34,024 nt of DNA from a virus (lineage: Duplodnaviria; Caudoviricetes): the IMG/VR virus record IMGVR_UViG_3300042988_000357, positions 1 to 34,024 of that record; one strand, 5' to 3'. The notes under the pieces were generated by a model. That model was given only the letters and a program-made list of their open reading frames with translations. It did no database searches and was not told the DNA's origin. Below, one piece after another: positions 25,301 through 34,024 of this stretch. Position numbers and translations under genes: made by a program. Positions within the stretch are counted from its first letter, which is position 1. Every line of letters begins with the position of its first letter.

Positions 25301-28300
25301 TGGAAAGAAGAGCGGATACAAGGGGCTGACCGATGCGGAAAAGATTGAGCTGGACAGACTCACAGACGAAAATCTAAAACTATTTGGGGAGTTGAAAGCT
25401 GCTGCAAAGGCAGAAGTAAAATACTTTGACGATCCAGCTTTTGACGAAATTCAGGAGAAGCGATCGGCCATATTAAATAAAATTGAAGCGCTTAACGCAA
25501 AAAAAGATCGTGGAGTTCCCGACGCTCCTTTCAAAAAGACATGGCACGAGCTGGCGCTGAAGCGCATTCTCCGCATGGCCGTGGAAGAAGGCTATGACTC
25601 GATCGCTTGGACTACGGGAGAGCAGCAGGCTGCGCGGTATGATTTGAGCAAGCAAATTTCTTCTGTCGAGTACGGGATAAATCAAAGCGGAGAGCTGAGT
25701 GTAAATGTTTACGATAAAAAAAATTCTTCTGTTTGGGGAAGTGCAAAGACAAGCCCGAAGGAGCTTGAGGACGTTATCGGAAAAGAGCTTGCGAGTAAAA
25801 TATCGGAGGACATTAAAGATAAATTCCCGCCGTACAAATCAAAACTAAGCGGCCTCGATCTGAAAGTCGGCGGCGAACCGATGAAAGTTTTCTACGATGA
25901 GATTCTTAAAAACTTCCTGAATAAGTACACGAAGAAGTGGGGCGGTAGAGTTGGTGAAGTTGTCATTGACGCTGGATTGAACATCGAAGGTGCGGCGTTA
26001 ATTGACGAGCTTAGAACTGGGGAAGCTGACTCAGTGCTTACTGTCAACAATAATGAGCAGGCCGACGAAATCGAGATTATGACGCACGATCCGAACACAG
26101 GTCAGATTTATTCAAATTACGGTTTTAGCAAAGACAAGTTCGATCAGTTGGTTGAAAAGATCCCTGAGCTTAAAGCGGTTTACGAGTCGGCAGAAGAGGA
26201 AATGGACATCGAGGTTAAGAACCCAGAGAGCTTGAAGGTTTCAAAATTCAAGCAAAAGACGGCGCATTCGCTTGAGATTACGCCTTCGATGAAAGATGCG
26301 ATCATGCAAGGGCAAGCGCTTTTTCAGGGCGAGAAGGGATCTATCAAGTTCGGGGATAATCAGACCATCATCAGCCTTTATAAAAATGCCGACAAATCAA
26401 CCTTTCTTCACGAAGTAGGGCATTTGTTTATGCGCGAAATGCGGGCGGTGGTTGACTCTGGTAAGGCCGATGCCCAGACGCGCAGCGACTATCAGACATT
26501 GATTGATTATGTCGGCGGCGACATTGAGAGCCGCGAGGGACAAGAGAAACTTGCTAGAGCATTTGAGATTTATTTGAGAGAGGGGAAATCCCCAGTGCTT
26601 AAACTTCAATCGGCGTTTGACAAGTTCAAAGAATGGTTGACCGAAATATATAAAAGCCTTTCTGATCTTGGCGTTGAAATGTCGGAAGACGTAAATCGGG
26701 TGTTTGATCGGATGCTCACGTCGGAAGAGTCAAAGAGTTCGACCGATGGAAAAGCAAAAGACGAATCAGCTGGCAGCGCGATAAGCAATGAAGACAAGAT
26801 GATAAACAAGAAGTCGCGGCTTCAACCATTGCGCGACAGGCTTAGTCAGATAAAAGATTTGAAGGATCGCGCTCAAACAGCGAAAGACAATCTCAGCGAG
26901 CTTGATGCGATTCTCAGCGTTGTGAAAAAGCGTATCCGAGTTCCAGAGAAGGGCGAGCCAGAGTATGAAGACTTTGCCCGCGTACCGAAGCGCTTCAAGA
27001 ATCAGACAAGCGGATTGCCGCTCGATGAAATTCGCGATGAATTCAATAATGCAAGTCTTGGGTATGACTTTGACAGCACATCGGAGTTCATTGATTTTCT
27101 GGAAGACCTTGATTTGAAGATGGATTTGCTGGATGAAACGATAAAGATGGGGCGCGTTCCGTTGGTTACTCAGCGCGAGACAACGATATTGAAGCGGCGC
27201 GAAAAGGATATTAAAGCTGGAATTAGAGAGGGGCGCAAGATCGGGCGCGGAGAAGTCAAGACGGCCAAGCAGATACTTGATCGGCGCCGCATGCTTATTC
27301 GCGGTGCGCAAGAGCAATTTGGGCTGGATGACAACGATCTGAAAAAGATCACGAAGAAAGATATTCGCCTGATGACAAATTACGAATTCAAATTATTCCT
27401 CGAGGACATGTATGCAAAGTCGTCAGAGCTGGCCGAGAAGCGGGAGATTAAAAATCAGATCTTGTTCGAGATCCAAGACAAAGAACTGAAAAAGACCGAG
27501 AACTTGATTCAGGCGTTTAAGTTTCCCGCGATCGACAAAATGAGCTTGCAGCAATTAAACGAATTTAATGCGGTTCTGGCCGAGACTCAAAAGGGTGATG
27601 AATTCTTGTCAACGCGCAAGCTGGAAACGGTAAGCAATACCGAGCTTGCTGGGATTATGACGACTCGCGAAGCGAGAGAGATCCTTGCCAAAAAATTGAA
27701 TACGACGCCAGACAAACTTGAAAATATTAAAGTCGGGCAAATGGATCGGTTTAGATTCGATGCGTCTCTGGCCGAGCAGAATCCTTTTTATCGTTTGATG
27801 GTTGACGAAACAAACGCATCGATTCTGGATGCGGAGCAGAGATTTTTCAACTTAGAAAAAGAAGTCGATGACCTGACGAAGAAAGCGCGGGCATCAAGAA
27901 AGCAGGGGATCGTTGACAAGTTGATTCCGACCGATGAGCGTGTATTTGGCTGGCTCGAGGCCGACTCAGAAACAAAGAAGGCTTTGGCAAAGGACATGAC
28001 AGACCAGGAAATTGATCTGGCGTCTTATCTTCAAAGCCGATTCGCTGATTTCAGAGATTACTTGATCCAGCACAAGGCGCTTGAAAAATACCGTGAGAAT
28101 TACATTACGCATATTCGGCGCGGGTTCCTTGAGACATGGAAAGAGGACGGACTTATCAAGGCTTTTGCCGAGGTGTTTGAGCAGCAAAAACAAGATGAAG
28201 CTGTTTTCAATATCATGGAAGGCGACACTCAAAACATATTGCCGCTTGAGAAATTCTTTCAATTTTCAATGAGCCGAAGCGGAGAGCTGAAACCGTCTCA

Positions 28301-29429
28301 GAATGTTTCTAAGGCATTCAAGGCGTATTCAAAAGCATTCCTTAAAAAGCAATCGCTCGACAAACTTATCCCAGCGCTTGATATTTATGCTTACGCATTA
28401 AGCCCGACGGCGCTTACGCCTCGCGGTCTTGAAATGGATCGCAGCTTAAAGAAGTTTGTGAACGAATGGGTCAATAATAAAAAGGGACGAACAAGCAGCC
28501 TGGCCAGCCTTGTGCCGCAGGGCGGTAAGATTGACTCAGTTCTGCGCGGGATAAACGCATTTGTAACGATGGTCGATCTTGGATTGAATATTCCAGTCGG
28601 TCTTTCATCGAATGTCGGCGAGCAGGTCGTCACGTTTATAAACATGGGCAGCGAAAGTTATCTGAAAGGGATACAGCGCTCGATGACCAGCAAGGGAAAA
28701 AAGATCGTTAGCGACAATCGTGCATTTGTAGGAAAGAGCGTTTGGGATGATTTGTCCGAAACGTCTGATACGGTTGCGGATAAATTCGGGAAGGGCATCT
28801 ATTCTCTTTTCAGAATATCATCGATCAACGCGAACAAGATCCATCTGCTCGGGTCTTTAACTGAGCAAGAATGGAACGATGGGAAAATAAGCAATGAGCG
28901 CAAGGCGCAGCTGCTCAGAGAAATCGGCAGATACCGAACGGTCGAAGGTGCGAAGTCGATTTTCGGATCGACATCAACTGGATCGACTCTGACTAAATAT
29001 AAATCCTGGGCGCTTCCTATTCTTGATCGGACATCCAGAAATCTTTATACCATTGCGCGTGATGTTCGCACTGATGGGATCAAGGCATTTCAGACTCGCG
29101 AGGCACAAGAGATTTTCAGGGCGTCAATGACGACGGCGTTGGCCGCGTTGATAGTCGGCGGCGCGAGCGGTGCATTTGAAGACGACGACTCTTTCGTAGG
29201 CGAGGTTGTGAGAAAAGCATTCAGAGAGTCATTGACTTTCATCCAGGCTTTCAATCCGACGACATACTCAAACGTAAGGCTCTTGTCATTTCTCGAAGAT
29301 TTGGCAAAAGCGCTTTATCAGATTGTGACGTTGGAAGAGTATAAGCGCCAAGACGGATACAAGGGAATTGACTCTTTGGGGAGAATTGTAACTCCAAAAA
29401 TTGTCAAGCAATTATTACCATCAGATTAA
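22362..29429 (+). CDS. Giant ejection/polyvalent protein (gp16 position) with ART-PolyVal-like, EEIQSD-motif and zincin (MPTase) domains
   Basis: Hydrophobic Ala/Gly N-terminal region; TPEFKNWF..SKVVD..GKPLVV.HG...F.FS...IVFSPEQIKS; LFIEEIQSDWHQ...PDAPFKKTW; STFLHEVGH...EKLARAFE.YL.EG. Confidence 0.85.
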   Translation: MDDTLGFKAVESEDTGGFKRVDDTEGFTAVQEPSFDGSHLYDKKLSDDAGFLTRLGNFTKSFAMSPISMGVGAGKTIGQSQQAKGVAQGFLGVAKSTSGLAVVAGENLKETPEAGIANPFMAMASKMFLTEERKAELKELGYEDPVLRQIESLGDRLVEFGDAGSKFFGDLQQHESIKLDPKIFAGDFLDNPSWTRATTVIAQAIPSLAAAFAVSASTGNPLLGASYLGLIDAESTYDQARKAGLPQSKRNALFAANAAGSTALEYIPLKGMLKGMSASRIGNVVAGLVMEGGQEGAQQLWQNLIVKYGIDKTRGLFDGVVESLIAGAGSGAVISSVSPLKKDTAKGFEPDEIDAAIGTVSDAMVQNGSELDKMIAEGIQNTNEVLDQEEIEINAAQELAAKKAEELPEKVGSIRTKLVLPKTMGGLGLSDEDADAQIKLFMAGAKVFSGKQGEDLDTWLNRVNPSLEVGGERVSGDDVLNQSEPLVKTDTPEFKNWFSESKVVDKSGKPLVVSHGGIKAGEIEIFNSDTAGDTTGNNSHGAFHFSDSKQVADDYSRQAFNRRYQDDPEGLVIDGYVKKLPKFKGYEDQYAFVEELAEKQISRSDVYLKIENPIIERKFEGGRIDVLYIERLTNFAKNGVDENGEFEDYYEQVQGKYNEETEEYDEPQKPVDGIIIKDAVDDIGEMSRIAADQFIVFSPEQIKSAIGNRGTFDSGSPNILFQGEIAKMGFFSKLQSVIEEKMGGSATIAQLKGMIVAAGVKQDEIDSSRIMEFFEGKEKVSKREVLDWVMENQIQIDEVTKGGGVRRADLGIVENEDGSETLVDRSSGKDREIFTGSSADVSNKIKQVAAETKFEKYTEDGGENYREVLLTLPERNKLIYTEENVVPLMDHQYLNDHDRFWYFKTPDNTLQILKSKYPSQKDALDYVIREKQPTASPKDNYKGSHFDEKNIVAHFRLNDRKTEKGKTLFIEEIQSDWHQAGKKSGYKGLTDAEKIELDRLTDENLKLFGELKAAAKAEVKYFDDPAFDEIQEKRSAILNKIEALNAKKDRGVPDAPFKKTWHELALKRILRMAVEEGYDSIAWTTGEQQAARYDLSKQISSVEYGINQSGELSVNVYDKKNSSVWGSAKTSPKELEDVIGKELASKISEDIKDKFPPYKSKLSGLDLKVGGEPMKVFYDEILKNFLNKYTKKWGGRVGEVVIDAGLNIEGAALIDELRTGEADSVLTVNNNEQADEIEIMTHDPNTGQIYSNYGFSKDKFDQLVEKIPELKAVYESAEEEMDIEVKNPESLKVSKFKQKTAHSLEITPSMKDAIMQGQALFQGEKGSIKFGDNQTIISLYKNADKSTFLHEVGHLFMREMRAVVDSGKADAQTRSDYQTLIDYVGGDIESREGQEKLARAFEIYLREGKSPVLKLQSAFDKFKEWLTEIYKSLSDLGVEMSEDVNRVFDRMLTSEESKSSTDGKAKDESAGSAISNEDKMINKKSRLQPLRDRLSQIKDLKDRAQTAKDNLSELDAILSVVKKRIRVPEKGEPEYEDFARVPKRFKNQTSGLPLDEIRDEFNNASLGYDFDSTSEFIDFLEDLDLKMDLLDETIKMGRVPLVTQRETTILKRREKDIKAGIREGRKIGRGEVKTAKQILDRRRMLIRGAQEQFGLDDNDLKKITKKDIRLMTNYEFKLFLEDMYAKSSELAEKREIKNQILFEIQDKELKKTENLIQAFKFPAIDKMSLQQLNEFNAVLAETQKGDEFLSTRKLETVSNTELAGIMTTREAREILAKKLNTTPDKLENIKVGQMDRFRFDASLAEQNPFYRLMVDETNASILDAEQRFFNLEKEVDDLTKKARASRKQGIVDKLIPTDERVFGWLEADSETKKALAKDMTDQEIDLASYLQSRFADFRDYLIQHKALEKYRENYITHIRRGFLETWKEDGLIKAFAEVFEQQKQDEAVFNIMEGDTQNILPLEKFFQFSMSRSGELKPSQNVSKAFKAYSKAFLKKQSLDKLIPALDIYAYALSPTALTPRGLEMDRSLKKFVNEWVNNKKGRTSSLASLVPQGGKIDSVLRGINAFVTMVDLGLNIPVGLSSNVGEQVVTFINMGSESYLKGIQRSMTSKGKKIVSDNRAFVGKSVWDDLSETSDTVADKFGKGIYSLFRISSINANKIHLLGSLTEQEWNDGKISNERKAQLLREIGRYRTVEGAKSIFGSTSTGSTLTKYKSWALPILDRTSRNLYTIARDVRTDGIKAFQTREAQEIFRASMTTALAALIVGGASGAFEDDDSFVGEVVRKAFRESLTFIQAFNPTTYSNVRLLSFLEDLAKALYQIVTLEEYKRQDGYKGIDSLGRIVTPKIVKQLLPSD

Positions 29430-29511
29430 AGAGCTAGAATGAATAAAAATTTTGTAGTAAAATCAGCTATTGAAATTGCCAATAGCCTTACAAACAAGGA
29501 AGGTGATTTCA

Positions 29512-30621
29512 ATGTCTATTTCTGATAACTATCTGCCGACAAAAACTCTGGGCAACGGTGCCACTTTAATTTTTTCTTTTTCGTGGGACGGGATTAGTTC
29601 CGAGTACGTCAAAGTTTTCTTCCAAAATGTTTCCACTGGCGTCATCACCGAGCAGACCACAGGCTTTACCAAGGCGTTGAATGCTGGAAGCGCTGGCGGG
29701 ACTGTCACTTTCTTGGTTGCTCCGACATCTTCCAATTATGTAATCATCGCTCGCGAGACTCCAAAATCACAGACAGATCCATATACGACAAGCTCTGGAT
29801 TTCAGGCCAGCGTCATCGAGAACAATTTTGACAAGCTGGTCGCGATGATCCAAGAAGACGCGGATAAACTTATTCGGTCTTTTGGTTATCCGCTCGGGAC
29901 TGACGTTGTAAGTCTTGGATATTCGACTGATATTCCGACGCCAGAAGCTGGGAAAATTTTGGGATGGGACGACGGTGGAACGTATCTTGAGAATAAACTT
30001 GGTCTTGAAGAAAGTGTTGCCGCGTCAGAGGCGGCTCAAGCTGCGGCCGAGGCTGCTCAGGCCGCTGCCGAGTCGGCAGAATCGAATGCTGATAATTCAG
30101 CTGGAAACGCGGATACCGCAAGAATCGCAGCAGAGGCGGCTCAGGCAGCAGCGGAAGCTGCGGCTGGTTCATTTACGCTTGCGTCTCAGGCCGAGGCCGA
30201 GGCTGGATCTGACAACGTAAAGTATCTTTCATCGCTCAGGGTGGCTCAGGCCATTACAGCCCAGGCCGTTAAGCCTACTGCAACGCAGACGCTCACGAAT
30301 AAAGAGGTCGTTCAGCGTGTTATTACGACAACGGATGACGCGACGGCCGTAATTGATGTGGCAGTAACCGACGTATATCAGCTTTCTGCGGTAGCAAACG
30401 CAACAGCATTTTCTTTCACAGGAACTCCAAAAGACGGGCAGAAGTTCATCATCCGATTCAAGGATGCGGGTGTATCTAAGGCGTTGACATGGACAGGAAT
30501 TACGCCGATCGGTGTTACTTTGCCTGCCGCAACAACCGCAGGAAAGTGGACGTATGTTGGAATTATCTACAACAGCGCAGCGGCACAGTATCATGCGGTT
30601 TCGGTAGTTACGGAGGCGTAA
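29512..30621 (+). CDS. Tail fibre protein with gp17-like N-terminal anchor
   Basis: AAGGAAGGTG RBS; GNG.T..F.F.W, GGTVTF..AP, I.RETP..Q, E..FDKL..MIQE; AEAAQAAA repeats. Confidence 0.85.
   Translation: MSISDNYLPTKTLGNGATLIFSFSWDGISSEYVKVFFQNVSTGVITEQTTGFTKALNAGSAGGTVTFLVAPTSSNYVIIARETPKSQTDPYTTSSGFQASVIENNFDKLVAMIQEDADKLIRSFGYPLGTDVVSLGYSTDIPTPEAGKILGWDDGGTYLENKLGLEESVAASEAAQAAAEAAQAAAESAESNADNSAGNADTARIAAEAAQAAAEAAAGSFTLASQAEAEAGSDNVKYLSSLRVAQAITAQAVKPTATQTLTNKEVVQRVITTTDDATAVIDVAVTDVYQLSAVANATAFSFTGTPKDGQKFIIRFKDAGVSKALTWTGITPIGVTLPAATTAGKWTYVGIIYNSAAAQYHAVSVVTEA
30028..30165 (+). repeat. Coding repeats (EAAQAAA)n in the fibre shaft
   Basis: Three degenerate GAGGC(G/T)GCTCA(A/G)GC units. 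Confidence 0.75.
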
Positions 30622-32555
30622 TGTCAATAATCGCAGTCGATTCATACGACAAGCTGTTCGCCAAGTGCGAGAACATCGCCTCGCCAACGACATTCTTGGA
30701 CTCTGCCTTAACTCCGAAAACTATCACTGCCAACGGCAACGCAAAACAGCTTCCCGCTAAATTCAATAAGAGCGCAGGGTTTTTTAATGGGACTACGGAT
30801 TATGTTGTCGTGCCTGACCATGCTGATTTCGGATTCGGACTCGACATGACGCTTGAGTGCAATATAAATTTTATGTCTCTTCCAGCGGATGGAGTTTATA
30901 AAAACATAATTTCTCAATATCAGGACGGAAGCAATGCTTGGTATTTCAGTCTTTACAATGCCTCGGGAACATACTATCTCGCTTTTTATTACATCTACGG
31001 TGGGGCGGTAATTGCCAACATTCTAAAAGCCATATCAACTCCATCAATAAACACTTGGTATCATGTCGCCGTAACGGTCGATGGAAGCGGAAACGGAAAA
31101 GTGTGGTTCGATGGAGCGCAGCAAGGCACAACTGTAACGAGTATCGCTTCAATGACTGGAATAACGGGCAACGTCCAAATCGGAAAATATAATACAGGGG
31201 CGTATTTTGATGGGTGGATGAAAGAGCTACGATTATCAAACACAACTCGGTACACAGGAACTTTCACCCCCAACACAACTCAGTTTTCTTCCGACTCCAA
31301 CACAAAACTTTTACTTCACTTCGACACTCCTGCGGAATGTCCGATTGGTGCGTCATGTTTCATTGGCACGGCGAGCGACAAGATTGATATTGCGTCAGTT
31401 GATCTTTCTGCGATTGGAACTGGTGACTTTACGGTTGAATGGTTCGAATTTATGTCTGCTTTCTCCACTGAATATTATCCGTTGAAGGCGAGTGGTGGCA
31501 CGACAGGTATTGATATTCGCGTGACTGGTGGAAACTATGCTGTCAGCATCGGCGGGACGACTACAAATCAAACTTACGGAACTTACCCAACGGGGCGATG
31601 GATTCACCATGCTTTTTGCAGAAGCTCTGGGACGATGTACGCCTATCGAAATGGAGTATTGATTTCTTCCGTTGCCAATGCGGGAAGCATTTCATTAAAC
31701 GGAACAGTTACTTTCTTCCAGAAAGACTCAAGCGGTGATGATGCTTACGTTCGGAATTTCATGTTTTCAAAGAACGCTAAATACCCCGCGGGAACGGCGT
31801 TTACCCCCGCTCAAACACTTGCGTCTGACGCAAACACAGCAATATGGTTGAAATTCGACGAAGCCAATGGGACGACAACCTATATTGATGCGTTGTCACA
31901 CACCGTTACGCAGACAGGTTCTACGTCAATAAAATGGATTGAAGATTACCGCTCCTGCATTTTCAAAGACGATGGAAACACAGGACACAAACCTTATCCC
32001 GTTGGCTCCGCAAAGGTGGATTTCTTTTCCATCGGGACGGGTGTTGGATATTTTGATGGGGCTGGGGATTATTTGACTGTTCCAGATGACGCTGATTGGG
32101 ATTTCGGGACAGGCGACTTCACCATCGAAGGGTACTTCAACTGGAGCGTAGTTTCAGGAAATGTTGCCCTGATCGAAGTAAATAATTTAAGTCCCTGTTT
32201 GCTTTGGTCAAATGGAGGGCATCTTTACGGTTATATTGGTGGAGGGCTTGTTTCGGATTACGCGTGGACTCCAATAGCAAATACTTGGTATCACATTTCT
32301 TATTGCCGATCTGGTTCGACGGTAAAATTATTTATTAACGGAGTGCAAGTTGATTCGGATTCTAACTCGACTAATATAACAGGAGGAACTGATGGTGTTC
32401 ACGTTAGCTATCGAGTTGGTTCACCAGATTACCTTAACGGAAGGCTCGATAACATCCGCATCGCCAAAGGCGTGGCGCGGTACACAGCGACTTTTGATCC
32501 ACCGTTCGAGCCGAGTGCTGATGCAGCTGTCGGAAACTTTTTTTTAATGTTTTAA
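30621..32555 (+). CDS. Triple LamG/concanavalin-A-like virion protein (644 aa)
   Basis: Start moved to the TAATG-coupled ATG 30621; three units of DFT.E.W...W.H.A..R.G......NG...G....RI....RY...F.P. Confidence 0.88.
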   Translation: MSIIAVDSYDKLFAKCENIASPTTFLDSALTPKTITANGNAKQLPAKFNKSAGFFNGTTDYVVVPDHADFGFGLDMTLECNINFMSLPADGVYKNIISQYQDGSNAWYFSLYNASGTYYLAFYYIYGGAVIANILKAISTPSINTWYHVAVTVDGSGNGKVWFDGAQQGTTVTSIASMTGITGNVQIGKYNTGAYFDGWMKELRLSNTTRYTGTFTPNTTQFSSDSNTKLLLHFDTPAECPIGASCFIGTASDKIDIASVDLSAIGTGDFTVEWFEFMSAFSTEYYPLKASGGTTGIDIRVTGGNYAVSIGGTTTNQTYGTYPTGRWIHHAFCRSSGTMYAYRNGVLISSVANAGSISLNGTVTFFQKDSSGDDAYVRNFMFSKNAKYPAGTAFTPAQTLASDANTAIWLKFDEANGTTTYIDALSHTVTQTGSTSIKWIEDYRSCIFKDDGNTGHKPYPVGSAKVDFFSIGTGVGYFDGAGDYLTVPDDADWDFGTGDFTIEGYFNWSVVSGNVALIEVNNLSPCLLWSNGGHLYGYIGGGLVSDYAWTPIANTWYHISYCRSGSTVKLFINGVQVDSDSNSTNITGGTDGVHVSYRVGSPDYLNGRLDNIRIAKGVARYTATFDPPFEPSADAAVGNFFLMF

Positions 32556-32567
32556 TTGGGGGTAAAT

Positions 32568-33008
32568 ATGGACGAGCTTGTTCAGAAATTGAAGGATCTT
32601 ATCAAAGAAGTAGAGCTTAAATTAAAGTCGATTTCTGGCCGCGATCAAGATCAGGACATCCGAGAAAAGAATCTCGAAGAGAAAAGCAGAGAGCTTGCTG
32701 TCAAATGCGCTGACATTGAAGAAAGAGAAGCGCGTGTTAAGCCGATTGAGGATTTTCTGAAAGCGAAATCTAGTTTTGATAAATCAGTTTCCGATTTCAA
32801 TGTTTACGAGAGCGACAGAAACAAGGTTCTTGATTCAAGAGAGAAGCTGGCATCACGACATGAAGCTGACTTGCTTGTAAAAGAAAAGGCGCTGAGTGAA
32901 ATGCAAACGGATATTGTTGCTCAGAAAGAAGAGCTTCGCAAGGATCGCGCTGAATTCAAGAAAAAAGTTCTTGAAGAGGTTGAGAAAGAAATAAATAAAA
33001 AGAAGTAA
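32568..33008 (+). CDS. Coiled-coil hypothetical protein
   Basis: GGGGG RBS; heptad-rich and charged. Confidence 0.75.
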   Translation: MDELVQKLKDLIKEVELKLKSISGRDQDQDIREKNLEEKSRELAVKCADIEEREARVKPIEDFLKAKSSFDKSVSDFNVYESDRNKVLDSREKLASRHEADLLVKEKALSEMQTDIVAQKEELRKDRAEFKKKVLEEVEKEINKKK

Positions 33009-33010
33009 AA

Positions 33011-33274
33011 ATGCAGATAACCGCCGATTCGCTTCTACCGAAATTTAGGGAGAGAGGGCTTGCGCTTTATTCGATTCACGACGTTGATGACGTGAAGGGA
33101 GTTTATCCTAAATACTGGGGATCAGCGCACGATAGCGGCGCTTACACAATTTTAAAACAAGTGAGCGCGGAAGAGTATCGGTACTTTGCTGGAAGAAATT
33201 CATATACGACGGCCTGGGCTGCTCGCGCATTGCTTGACTACGATTATTTATTTAACATAGACCTGGATTCTTAA
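33011..33274 (+). CDS. Hypothetical tail-region protein (87 aa)
   Basis: Operon packing; YWG....G.Y.I...RY..G...Y.TAW..R..L.Y motif. Confidence 0.75.
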   Translation: MQITADSLLPKFRERGLALYSIHDVDDVKGVYPKYWGSAHDSGAYTILKQVSAEEYRYFAGRNSYTTAWAARALLDYDYLFNIDLDS

Positions 33275-34024
33275 ATGGGCGACGAGTATCAGGTTAATGC
33301 TCATACGGGAGACATGGATCGCGTTGGCTCCACAGTAGAATGGGGCGACATCGAAGGCGATCAAGCTCTTATAAACGTATCAGGTTTCAATAACGACGCT
33401 GGTTATCTAACCGCAGAAACCGATCCAGTTTTCACAGCGTGGCTCGGCACATCACCGCTCTCAGGCTACGCCCTTCTTGACGGAACGAATCAGCCGTTTA
33501 CATCAGGCGGCATAAACACGCTACACACGGGTTTTAGGCAAGCCTATGACGAAAATGAAATTCAATCGCTCGATTGGAACAACCGAACTTTACGGAACAG
33601 CTCAAGCGTAGATGTTTTGGATTGGGAGAACTCTACCGCGGGAGCGTGGCTCTTTACTGGGAACGTAACGATTTCAAAAGCCAACCCAAAACTGATTGCG
33701 ACTGACACAGGTTTGGCATCTTCAATTTGGATTGAGCGTGATACGACTCTTGATGGTGGAAGATTGGTTTCTCAGAACCGACTTTACACTCTTCCCAATG
33801 CCTTGACTTTGGCGGGTGCTACTTACGGCTCTGGATTGAGTTACACATCGACAGGGGCTTTATCAATTTCCTTTTGGTGGAAGACTTCAAACGCAGGGGA
33901 TTCGTATTTCATTGGTAACAGCACGGCTTCATCGGATTTTCGTTGGGGTTCGGGTGTTCTTTCGTTCCAAGACGAAACAGCAGGGTTAGCGAGATATTGG
34001 TCTGCAACTGGTTTTAATAACGAT
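33275..34024 (+). CDS. Tail fibre/LamG-containing protein, truncated at window end
   Basis: Not in ORF track. Open for 250 codons: MGDEYQVNAHTGDMDRV...FNNDAGYLTAETDPVF...LSISFWWK. Confidence 0.8.
   Translation, partial: MGDEYQVNAHTGDMDRVGSTVEWGDIEGDQALINVSGFNNDAGYLTAETDPVFTAWLGTSPLSGYALLDGTNQPFTSGGINTLHTGFRQAYDENEIQSLDWNNRTLRNSSSVDVLDWENSTAGAWLFTGNVTISKANPKLIATDTGLASSIWIERDTTLDGGRLVSQNRLYTLPNALTLAGATYGSGLSYTSTGALSISFWWKTSNAGDSYFIGNSTASSDFRWGSGVLSFQDETAGLARYWSATGFNND

Noticed and set aside
30489-30620. 44-aa N-terminal extension of the LamG ORF
   Set aside because: Overlaps the fibre gene; the TAATG-coupled ATG at 30621 with a GGAGG RBS is the better start
29512-34024. Diversity-generating retroelement, given the BPP-1-like head genes
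   Set aside because: No reverse transcriptase and no TR/VR pair differing at adenines seen in the window; cannot be excluded outside it
1-34024. Stop-codon recoding
   Set aside because: Genes, including the 7-kb ORF, are intact and tightly packed under the standard bacterial code

Overview
The whole window looks like about 34 kb of an uncultured tailed dsDNA phage or prophage. It has a podovirus-type (T7/BPP-1-like) virion module and a lambdoid-style replication/recombination arm, and both ends are truncated inside genes. Left arm (minus strand, 1-7562): lambda-O-like replication initiator with its iteron origin, G39P-like helicase loader, SSB, ERF annealing protein, YqaJ exonuclease, NinB-like and DUF1064 proteins, and small accessory genes. 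Right arm (plus strand, 7828-end): TerS, TerL, free-standing HNH-AP2 endonuclease, portal, scaffold, a phage GroES, major capsid and cement proteins, tail tubes A/B, three ejection proteins (the last a 2355-aa polyvalent protein with ART-like and zincin domains), tail fibre and LamG proteins. I recognised no integrase, CI/Cro repressor, lysis gene, tRNA or CRISPR array. Best lead: a putative C4/CI-like RNA plus leader-uORF circuit upstream of the replication initiator, where a repressor gene would normally sit. Other leads: a structured major-capsid leader with a repeated internal-loop motif, a leaderless Zn-finger gene, apparent total avoidance of CCGG and GGNCC, and a nested LamG domain. All family calls come from motif recognition by eye, not database searches.
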